From Narcine bancroftii (taxonomy: Eukaryota), in contig NC_091476.1 of the NCBI RefSeq assembly GCF_036971445.1, forward strand, positions 10,974,001 through 11,038,000: DNA of 64,000 nt. The letters run 5' to 3'. The stretch's first letter is position 1. Each line of letters starts with the position of its first letter. This document shows positions 1 through 11,400 of this stretch, piece after piece. The notes beneath the pieces are model-generated. The model was not told the DNA's origin. It ran no database searches and saw nothing but the letters and a program-made list of their open reading frames with translations. Both the position numbers and the translations under genes were made by a program.

Positions 1-355
1 TTGGCACAGCATTGTGGGCTGAAGGGCCTGTGCTGTCTTATAGAACATTACAGCACAGAAACAGGCCCTTTGGTCCTTCTAAGCTGTGCCAAAATATCTG
101 CTTTGCACCCAGACTATGTCTTTCCATTACTCCTCCCATCTATGTACCTGTCCAATATTTTTTCTTAAATGCCACAATTGAGCTCACATTTACCAGTTTA
201 TTCAGGCGCCTGTCTACATTTTGCTTGTATCTTCATCTTTGCACCAAACACTGTTTGACCTGTATTGTGTTTTAACTGGTGATAAACTAAGTTATGTTTA
301 ATGCAAATGATCTTAATGGACAGAAAATTGTTAACTGGCCTTGCTCTCCAATTAG

Positions 356-514
356 TTACCTTCACTGTTGCAATGACATTACTCTGGATAAGAGCAACTC
401 TGAAAGTTGGGGATTTAGCATTGTTGGAGGCTTTGAGGACAGCAAAGAAAACCAGCCTTTCTTTATCAAAACCATTGTACCCGGCACACCAGCATACTTT
501 GATGGAAGACTAAA
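356..514 (+). CDS. lnx2b: LNX-family E3/PDZ protein (LNX2-like; probably LNX3/lnx2b), penultimate coding exon, PDZ4 N-half
   Basis: Acceptor caattag|T and donor AA|gtaagt. Encodes [54 protein letters not shown], resembling LNX2 [36 protein letters not shown]. Confidence 0.88.
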
Positions 515-2544
515 GTAAGTGAAATCAACATCTTTGGCTGCATTAAAGAGGAAACTACTGTCTGTATAAGGTGACTGGGTGTATCAGACAACCCTCAGCA
601 TTTCTGCTTAAAATGTAGGTTTTGAGCCGTATCAGACTACCCCAAGTCTGGCGCTGCTGAGAGCTTACTGACCTAAGTCCTTTACAGACTAATGGAGAGA
701 TGGTGTTAAGCACACAACTAAGCAACACCGTCTTGATTATTTAAAATTTAGCCAATTCAAGTAATGGCAAAATACTGTCAATTACCTACCATGATATGCA
801 TCAACCGTTCTCAGCTGGTGTAACGTAATCACTAGTGACGGAACTTGTGTGTTGGTTCTTTTACAGGAAACAACTGTGGTGTTGAGTATAATTTTACCAT
901 TTACTTGAAATTGATTTACTGATGTATAATATACTGGAAATGTTCACATAAAGTACATTGCAGGAATTTTCTTTAAGTTAGAAACTCAGTCTTGTGAACC
1001 AAGACTATCAATAGGACAAATGTTCAGACTTTGGTCTTGTCTATTCTAGTTCATTTGATTACACCAATAGGTGTTTCATTAATACATTTTTTATTGTTTT
1101 ATTACTATTAATCCAGTTCCTAAATGCAAGTTTCAGTAGAAAAATGTTTAATGGCAGGAATTTAGGGGGCAAAACTTTAGGAGTAATATTCACTCAGAGT
1201 GGAATGATCTTCCAGAAGAAGTAGTTGCAGCAGGGTCAATTCTGTCATTTAAGAGGCTAGATGGATGTGAGGGGGGTTGGAGGGTTATGGGCATGGGAGT
1301 GGGTAGGTGGAACTAGTGGAGTTTCACGTAAATTGATGTGGATTAGAAGGGCCTGTTTCCGTACTGTAAATGGTTATGTTGTGTATTTTATGCTGTTCTC
1401 CATCGCTACGGGTTCAAATTCCATCTTATTCGCTGACATATATGGTAGCCGTGGAGCTTTATCACATCAGAAAAGCTTAGAGATTATGTGGCTTAATAAG
1501 GCATTGGTAGAGGTGGAGGAATATGTGCACAAGTGGTAACTGAATCTTACCACTTGACAAATTTGTAATCAACATTTTCAAAGGTTTATGTTACCAAAAA
1601 AATTTGATAGAATACATATTTTCTTTTTGAAATTCCAATGAGAACTACAAATCAACCTGAACATTTCCTTGAGCCAACAGACAGCCGATTCTGGGATCTA
1701 CAGCAAGAAAAAATAAACTGCTGAAAGAAATAAAATGGTTAAATGGCATCTGTGGAGACAAAGGGATGGTTAACATTTTGTATCGTGACTGAGGGAAGAT
1801 GCCAGAATGTACAAGTGAGAAGGATAAGGCAGTCCTGTGGGTGATGGGTTGAACCAGATAAAGTGAAGGAGGGAATGTTGAACCAGAGGCTGATAGATGC
1901 AAGGGTGAAATGGAGGGGGGGGGGGGGGGGGGGGGAGATGGAGTCATTGAATTTTCCAATTTCAAATAACCTACATGTCTTTTGTGCCCTTTCCATTTGT
2001 CACACCAGTTCTCTTTTTTCATGTTTTCTATCGTTTCACCACCCCCCCCCCCCGAAAAAAAAAACTGGTCCTATGACCCATACCAATCCAGCTGAAGTTT
2101 TCACCCTCCCTGCATGGCCTCATCTGCCTATCTCTGTTCCTTACCTTTCCCCGTTATATTTCTGTCATCTATCAGGCTCACCTCTCACTTCCATACAGTG
2201 GTAATCTTCCCTCTATGCTCTTCAGTCCTGATGTACGTTCTTGACTCAAAACATCAACCAGCTCTTAGCTTCCACCGATGCTGTAACCTGGTGTGCTCTT
2301 CCAGCAGCTTATTTAAAAAAATATATAATTTGTTTCATCAATTCTATTTCCCTATCCCCATGTTTTTCCTCTCTCTTCCCCCCTTCCCTCATCCAATTAA
2401 GACCTTTTTGTCTGATGGTGTGTATACTCCTCCCTAGCCTTTTAATTCAGACACCTGCCAATTTTAAACTCTAACTTGAAGAAGGGTTCAGGCCCTGAAA
2501 ATCAGTTTTTAAAAAATACATATAAATAAATATTAATTTAGATC

Positions 2545-2630
2545 TATATATATATTTACACACACACACACACACACACATATATCTATATATATATATA
2601 TATATATAGATATATATTAATATATGTATA
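2545..2630. repeat. (TA)n(CA)n(TA)n microsatellite
   Basis: Direct observation. Confidence 0.9.
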
Positions 2631-3921
2631 TCTTTAGCTCCTATGGATGCTGAGACACCTGTTGAGCTCTTCCAGCATTTCTGTGTTTTTACTACAATTA
2701 TTGACTGCAGGATTTTTGTTTCACTCGTTTCACAGGATAGTAAAACAAATAATGGCAAAGTTTAATTTCCAAAGTTACCCTTATGGAGGCCTTTTTTCTT
2801 GGGTGGGGGGGCGGCGGGTTGAGATGTGGGATAGAATTCAACAGCTGAGGTCCTTATCAGCTAATTGTCAGTGGTGTGGACAATACAAAAACACATCACA
2901 AAAATAGAGCAAGGAATTGCTGTTTGACTTGGGTTCCAGGTCTGAAGCCTTTAGCGAGACTAAGGTAGAATGAGTGAAATTACACACGCGATGGAGGAAG
3001 AAAGCTGGGGAGAGGCCAAGAGGTGATAACAGTATAGGACAGAAGGTGTGGGAGGAGCAGCAGGAACCATGAAGGGCATTGGAAAGAGAGAGGGAGAGTA
3101 CAGGTGTAGGTAGTTACTAAAAATGAGCAATGTCAATGTTCATGCCATTAGTTTAAGGCTGTCCAGGAGGAATATGATTTGTTCCTTGGGATTATGTTTA
3201 GCCTTGCTCCAACAATGAATAAGGCTAAAGCCAGACATGTCATTGTAGGGAGGTAAAACCCAGATGGTCAGAATCTTTCCCCCCAGGGCAAAACTATTTC
3301 ACACTAGAGGAAATGCATTTAAGGTGAGGCAGGGGAAAGAGTTTAAGGGAAATTGTGGGGCTAATATTTTTTTTACATAGTAGTTGGTGCCCAGAATGGG
3401 CAGTGGAAGCAGATACAGTCCTAGTTTCCACATAGACACATGAATATAAAGGGTGGTAGCATATTATCAGATTGAAGTAGCAGATTTGGGCATTGCTTGC
3501 CACTGACACAGCCTGTTGCTGAGCTGCACTATTCCATATTCATCAACTTTAAAGGGAGGAGTATGAATGGTAGGCTTGTTAGAGATGATGAATAGGAGTG
3601 GAAGAATTCAAAGGAATGATTTTAAATACTACCCTCCCACCTAAATTAATTAAATAAAAAGGAATGATTTTAAAATTGAGGCATTGATGTGATGGGAGAC
3701 TGCTAGATTGAATACAGATTTTGGAGCACTGATGTTCCAGGCTGAGGTAACAAAAACAGACAATGTATAAATCAGTAATGATCTGTTTGAGTGGCAGGGA
3801 AAGCTTAGATGTGTTATTTGTATGACTGTCAAAATACCCTTTATTAAAGAATCTAAATAACTTGTATTTTGCACTTTTCCATGCTTAAGAGCAGTGTCTC
3901 ATGTTCTCTTATCATCCACAG

Positions 3922-4057
3922 GTGTGGGGATGAAATTGTCGCTGTTAATGGAGTTTCCACAGCAGGCATGAGCAACTCAGCTGTAATCCCAATGCTGAAA
4001 GAACAAAGAAATAGAGTCACTCTCACAGTTGTCTCTTGGCCAGGAAGTTGTGTGTGA
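3922..4057 (+). CDS. lnx2b: LNX2-like/LNX3 last coding exon (PDZ4 C-half, stop TGA)
   Basis: Acceptor atccacag|G, phase matches the previous exon. [44 protein letters not shown] is much closer to the LNX2 C-terminus ([22 protein letters not shown]) than to LNX1. Confidence 0.88.
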
Positions 4058-4145
4058 AAGTGGCACGACAAAAATCGGTATCTATAAAAATGACCAGATC
4101 ACCAAAGTGCAATTTTTTTTGAAGTTTTTAAGCAGCGTGTTTTAA

Positions 4146-4965
4146 AATAAATTTGTAAAGGTAAGAAAGTCCTGCCATGAAGTCCAAATTGGTGTCCAAA
4201 ACTTAGCTTCTGCATGAAGTCATACAACTGCCTTGAACGTGGACTTCAGAGTACGGACTGATCTGCCCAGTCAAAGCATTCAGTCAGACTTGTTAAGCAC
4301 AATTTTTTTTAAAATCTAAAGAGTATCAACATTATCTGCATAAGCAGGCCAGGCTGTGCAAATACTAGTTCACTTTTTTTCAGATCTACTCAAGTATAAC
4401 AGTGAAAATAAATTCTGGAGATTGAGATAAAACTTTGTTGTACTTCATTTCTTTCCTATGATATTGTTATATAAATGAATTAGTGCTGCCATCAAGGTGG
4501 ACATTCATAATTGGGATATGGAGATAATTCAGGAAACAACGAGGGGATAAAGTTTACAGTTTAAGATTATTGCATGAACTAGCTGAATCTAGCAATGTCA
4601 TTGGGTGGGCATGTATTCCTTGAAGTTTAAAAGAATTATGGGGGTCATTTTTCTTGGAGAGATTAGTGGAAATATTTCAGAAAACAAGAGGGATATGGCC
4701 CAATCCCAGGTAGGTGCAACATTTTGGTCAGAGTCAGAGAGCTGGGCCAAAGGGCCTGTTTCTATGCTGTATGACCCAGTAGATGGATAAATAGCACAGA
4801 AGTTGTTGAGTGCAGCTCAGCATCATATTAATAGTTGGGGAATCTTGAAGGGCTTGATGAATTACAACTGCTCCTATTTTGTGATCTGTGTTTTCTCACT
4901 CAACATTTTGTTTATGAAGTTATTTTGACTGTTACATAGTGGCAATTTAAAATTGTAACATTAAA
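4146..4965 (+). terminator. Candidate polyadenylation signals of the LNX gene (AATAAA 4146-4151, 4407-4412; ATTAAA 4960-4965)
   Basis: Hexamers downstream of the stop; which one is used is unknown. Confidence 0.4.
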
Positions 4966-5098
4966 TCATCAATTTATCATCTGAATCAGGTTTTGAAAGT
5001 TAGTACTTTAAATCTTTGATTTGAAAATCTATTTTAATTTTCTCGAAAGTTAGATCCTAACTTACAAGAAAAATAGTACAAATTATTTAGAAAATTTT

Positions 5099-5104
5099 TT
5101 TAAT
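5099..5104 (-). terminator. Candidate polyA signal (ATTAAA) of the FIP1L gene
   Basis: ATTAAA on - strand ~180 nt after the stop, preceded by several TGTA (CFIm-type) motifs. Confidence 0.45.
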
Positions 5105-5286
5105 GTTTGTTTTACAATTACACTTTACAAAAATCCAAGTGTAAGTATGTAGAAATATGGGATCAGGCTTCTCATTGAATTATTAGGCGTTCAAGTCCAT
5201 GGAATTGATTTTTCCCCTTAAAGTTGCGTTCACTGATCTGCACATGACGAATATACCTGGATGTGGAAACCAGCTCAGCAACTGAG

Positions 5287-5416
5287 TTATTCTTTTGTCT
5301 CCGCCTCTGGTGCTGCACCTCCTTCATCCCCAGCCTCCTTGTCTTCTTTGCTTCGTTTATTCTTCTTGTGTTTGTGGCGTCTGTGACCTTCTCCTTCCTC
5401 ATTGTCATGCTGTTTG
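5287..5416 (-). CDS. FIP1L1: FIP1L exon 16 (last coding)
   Basis: ttttacag|C AAA...; [42 protein letters not shown]. Confidence 0.9.
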
Positions 5417-8400
5417 CTGTAAAAGGAAGCAAGCACCAGTAAACATCTCTTTGTAATCCAGAGCTCAAGTATATAGCAGTGGATTTAGATAATTCTTGAT
5501 GGAAGAACCCAGAAATGCTTGAATAATGTTTTCACTTGTTTACTGAAGTCTTGCTGCAGTTACATCTCGACAATTCCAAGCACTTCCACCCCCTCCCCAG
5601 TGACTATTGAGAAAGTTATGATGCAACCAGTAAATCTATGAACAATGATAACTTGGTTAAATATTACAGGTTCCCTAAAGAAAATAATTCTGTGATTTGA
5701 CCATTTCAGTCCATGCAATCGGTAAGGTCTTTTCACATTGCTGTGTACAAGTGGGTTAACTAGGTAATTTACCCAGCTACCTACCCAGGAGTCGTGCAGT
5801 GTGAAAAGGTCAGACCAGACAGGGCCGGTCAAAATCAACCAGGCTCCAAGACCTAGGTCGGGAGTAGTCTTGGAGCTTGGCTGAGTTCGCCTGCCAATCT
5901 CCTGGTGGTGTGAAACCACAAATGGCTTACCAGGTAAGCTTTGTGATGTCAGCCTGCGTCACATGAAACCTGACTAACGCGTCTGTGTGACCTCGGACAA
6001 ATGAGAAAAATCGCAAACAATTACTAGAAATAATTAAACCTCCCTTATTAAGGAAGCAAACTTTAAATTTCTTGATTGTCTTTTACTAGTAAGAATGCTG
6101 ACCACTTCAGATCACCCTGTACTTGAAAACAGACCCATTTTAGGGGCAAAGTAACAACTCTGGGAGTGTATTAAAATCATTTGTGTGCATTTCAAGAGCA
6201 GATTTGAATATATTTTTTAACTTAGCCCACTGAAACCTTGACATGCTGGCCTGTGGATTAGATTTCGAGCTTGTGAAGACTAATAGGTTTGAAAAAAAAA
6301 AAGAGTGATTGTTGCACTTTGGAGAGTGAGCTCACTAAGCAGCAGACAAAGAATCAATAGAAGAACGTCAGAAGCTTTTCCTCACGCAGATTCACCATCT
6401 TGCAGTGAAACAGAGGTATTAATTCAACCTCAAATGTTAAAAAAGTGAAAAATTTAGAAGAATCCTCACCACAAATGTTTTAAAATGAAATAATTACCAT
6501 TTATTTCATATATTTGGTATATGTGGTATATAGTCTAACAATCTTCAAACCCTTAGCGTCCAATGGATCTCAGACCATCATACCAGAACCAAACCATGCA
6601 CTTTGTACAGTGATATTTAATCTTGTCAAAGAACAAAAATTGAAAACAGTAGAATTTCTGAAGTACACACCGCCTTGATGACTTGTGCTTGGAATCATCT
6701 TTATCTTTGTGCCTCCGTTCCCTATGGCGATCTTCCCTGTCTCTACTGCGATCTCTGCTCCGATGATATTCTCTGTCGTAGTTTCGTTCTCTGCTGCAAA
6801 ACCATACATTATTAATGAATAATTTGAACAAATCCAACCAACTGAAAACTAAATTAGAAACTTAATCAAATTGATCTTGCATCCAACATTGATAATAACA
6901 GGAGTGGAAAAATAAAAAGTGAAATGACAAATTGTATAAATTCTGAAAATTAGACAATGAATGGTTGGATCTTGGGGAGTTTGAGGAACAAAGCGACCTC
7001 TGAACAAATCCACGGATCCCTTCTGCGATAATACAGGTGTAGATAAGATGATGAAAAGTGCACGCGAGTTTTAATTTAATATTTAAAAAAATTAATTTAG
7101 ATATACAGCACAGTCCCTTCTAGCCCAATGTTCTCAAATACCCCAATTAATCTCCAACCCCTGTATGATTTTTTTTGAAGGGTGGGAGGAGACACGGAGA
7201 AAATAAAAACTTCTTAAAGACAGACGTTTGCCTTCATTAGTCAGGACACAGTACAAGAGCAGAGGGGTTAAAGTACTTGATAAAACATTATTCTATCAAT
7301 GGCTGAAGTACTGTGTACAGTTCTAGTCAGCATGTGGTGATTGTAGTGGCGAGGATGCAGAGATTCATTAAGATGTTGCCTGGGAAGGAGTGGTTCAGTT
7401 CTGAGAAGAAGCTACATAGGCTTTGTTTGCTTGCCTTGAAAGGTGGGGTGGGGGGAGAAAGGGAAAAGAATCTGCAAGAATCAGATGGTAGGAAACTTTT
7501 CCTCTTAGCAGAGGTATCAAGAGTAGAGGCTGTAGATCTGGGGTAAGAGTTGATTTTGGAGGGTATGTGAGGAAGAACCTTTATCCACTTGACGTATCTA
7601 GGCAAGCATGTGAATCAACAATGCATAGACAACTACTATTCTGGCCTTTATCCTGATTCCAGCCATATGGTTTTCCCTCAACTGCTACCTCAATTCAAGA
7701 GCAATGAGGCATGGACAACCAAAGCTTAGCATCGTTAGGGATGTCAACATCCTGTAAGTTCAAAACATAATATTTACTCACTTGTATTCAGTCGTTGGGG
7801 TTGGGCCTCGATCTCTCTCTCTATTTCGTTCTCGGTCAGGTTCTCGCTCACGCTCACGTTCACGCTCTCGCTCTCGCTCCCGTCGTGGCCCTTTGTACTC
7901 CCAGTGGCTACTGGTGTTTTTATCAACTGTGCTCATCCAGGGTGCTTGTGCTGTGGAGGCTGCTGGATAACCAATCAATCCAGATTCTGGAAAATACATT
8001 TTAAGAAAGGAGGATTGACGTCATCAGAGAAGGAAAGTCATTTACAAAAAATGGTCTATAATACAAAATCTAATGAGTAAGTTTTATATATATAAATATA
8101 AGAAAGGGATGAGAACCTTAATAAAGTTAAAATTTTGGTTTACATGGGGAATGCAACCGAACGCCATTTTTTATACTTTTGGAAATTAGTCAATAAGCAA
8201 ATATCACATTAAACTGAAATGCAGGACAAGTATGAAATTGTTAATCTTCCGGAGTTATCCCAACCATCTCTATAAAACAGTTTCTATTAACATGGCAAAT
8301 TATATTCTGAAAGCTATATTATTGCAGCCTGATTTCTCATCAAATGAGAGAGGATTAGCAGTCATTGCTTTTGGTCAAGAGATCATTTGGGAGTATTAAT

Positions 8401-11400
8401 TGGAGGAGAGGATGGATGGGAGGGTTATGGAGAGAAATGGATTGGGTGCAGATCAGTGGGACTACAGATTATAATAGTTTGGGACAGATTAGAAGGGTTA
8501 AAGGGCCCGCTTCTGTGTTGCAATGTTCAATGGTTCTAATTACCTGTTGGATTATAGGGAAACAGAGGTGGAGGCCTGTTGTCATAGCCTGGAGGTGGAG
8601 CACTGGAAGAGAAGGCACAAATATTCACCATTATTCACACTACAATGCATTTCTTAAATTTCCATTTATATTGTATTTTTCAAGTTAAACTGTCTTATCA
8701 GCATGGCGTCATGTAATTAAAATTAAGCCTAGGCAGGGCTTTCCACAGTTTCTAGGATTATTGATCATATTTTACAATAACAATCTGGGACCAGGAATGC
8801 AATTTCAAACACCTGGAATGTAGATAACACTGAAGGTTGAATCTGACACAAGATTTTGTAAAAGGTTTGCAGAGTAGTTCTGAATGGCCTACACATTGGA
8901 GAGACTCCATTCTACTTGATAATTATAAAATATTAATTACTAATTAATAACCTCCCTTCTCCCCATAAAATCTACATCAGCATCTCACAAGATCTATGAA
9001 ACTTAGAAAGTTGACAAGTACAAAGAAAATTTTATGAAATTATGTGGAGGGGTGATCAGGCAGGTCGTTAATGCAGAAAATAGAAAAATGACCAATGACA
9101 TGGGATTTCCAATATTATGCCCTCCATCTGGTCCCCAATTGTGCTGGGCTGGGAGCAATTAGTGGGAGAGGTTGTAGTCTATGGCACTGTTCCAATTGTG
9201 GAGTGATGAGGCTTGTGAAAGGTTAATGAAAAGCTTGCAGATGGTCAAGGGAAAAAGAATTTACTGGGTTGCCTTTGTTTCTTCAGACCCTTGGTCACCT
9301 AGCTCTTTGAGGCCTTTCCAATGCATTTCTCAATGTTGGGGGAAATCTGGCACATGTCCATTTATAAATAGAACTATTGTCCTGAGGCTCCATGTGTTTA
9401 TTTTAATATCAGACAGACTAGGAAGGCTATCTTCATTCCCCCTTTTGATGTAGGAGACTGCTTGGCGCACTAAATCTACAAGCTCTTGGGAGCAATCCTA
9501 TCAACCTCATTCCCTCACATTATTTCCCTGCATCCATTCTTCAACATCATATTTACTATTAGTGTTTTCTGATTTGTGGAAGGGGAAACAAAGACTAACA
9601 TTAGATGGGCAGGAGGGGATCCCAGGTACTGAGTTGCTTGGAGATGTTTGCTTTCAAAGATGACATACAGAATGAATGACAGGATTTGAAGACATTTAGT
9701 TTTCATAGCTGTACTGACAGGTGAGGCTTCAACTAGGTTTGTAGATCTGGCAAAGCAGTAGAAATGGGGTCATCAACACAAACTATTTTGATTGATCTTT
9801 CCCTGAGTGACAGCATTTTTTAAATATAAAATTTGCTGAATTCATTATTGCCAACAACTAAAGTTTAAACATTATTTCCAGATGTGTGAAATAGAAAACT
9901 ATCAATTTCCAAGATGAAATTGAAATCGGTTAGTATTGCACAAAGTGTTAATTTGAAATTGATGACTTTTTAAATTCATATTCCTTTTTAATAGTTTGCT
10001 GAATAGAATTGATTTACAGTGCCATAGACTACAACCTCTCCCACTAATTGCTCCCAGCCCAGCACAATTGGGGACCAGATGGAGGGCATAATATTGAAAA
10101 TCCCATGTCATTGGTCATTTTTCTATTTTCTGCATTAACGACCTGCCTGATCACCCCTCCACATATTTTCATAAAATTTTCTTTGTACTTGTCAACTTTC
10201 TAAGTTTCATAGATCTTGTGAGATGCTGATGTAGATTTTATGGGGAGAAGGGAGGTCGGGTCAGATACAGCAATGAGCTCTCTGAACCCTTCTCCATTAA
10301 CAATGGCGTGAAGCAAGGCTGTGTTCTGGCACCAACCCTCTTTTCAATCTTCTTCAGCATGATGCTGAACCAAGCCATGAAAGACCCCAACAATGAAGAC
10401 GCTGTTTACATCCGGTACCGCACGGATGGCAGTCTCTTCAATCTGAGGCGCCTGCAAGCTCACACCAAGACACAAGAGAAACTTGTCCGTGAACTACTCT
10501 TTGCAGACGATGCCGCTTTAGTTGCCCATTCAGAGCCAGCTCTTCAGCGCTTGACGTCCTGCTTTGCGGAAACTGCCAAAATGTTTGGCCTGGAAGTCAG
10601 CCTGAAGAAAACTGAGGTCCTCCATCAGCCAGCTCCCCACCATGACTACCAGCCCCCCCACATCTCCATCGGGCACACAAAACTCAAAACGGTCAACCAG
10701 TTTACCTATCTCGGCTGCACCATTTCATCAGATGCAAGGATCGACAATGAGATAGACAACAGACTCGCCAAGGCAAATAGCGCCTTTGGAAGACTACACA
10801 AAAGAGTCTGGAAAAACAACCAACTGAAAAACCTCACAAAGATAAGCGTATACAGAGCCGTTGTCATACCCACACTCCTGTTCGGCTCCGAATCATGGGT
10901 CCTCTACCGGCACCACCTACGGCTCCTAGAACGCTTCCACCAGCGTTGTCTCCGCTCCATCCTCAACATCCATTGGAGCGCTTTCATCCCTAACGTCGAA
11001 GTACTCGAGATGGCAGAGGTCGACAGCATCGAGTCCACGCTGCTGAAGATCCAGCTGCGCTGGATGGGTCACGTCTCCAGAATGGAGGACCATCGCCTTC
11101 CCAAGATCGTATTATATGGCGAGCTCTCCACTGGCCACCGTGACAGAGGTGCACCAAAGAAAAGGTACAAGGACTGCCTAAAGAAATCTCTTGGTGCCTG
11201 CCACATTGACCACCGCCAGTGGGCTGATAACGCCTCAAACCGTGCATCTTGGCGCCTCACAGTTTGGCGGGCAGCAACCTCCTTTGAAGAAGACCGCAGA
11301 GCCCACCTCACTGACAAAAGGCAAAGGAGGAAAGACCCAACACCCAACCCCAACCAACCAATTTTCCCTTGCAACCGCTGCAATCGTGTCTGCCTGTCCC

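Noticed and set aside
5172-5468. 98-aa ORF on - strand
   Set aside because: It is an alternative frame overlapping the true last FIP1L exon.
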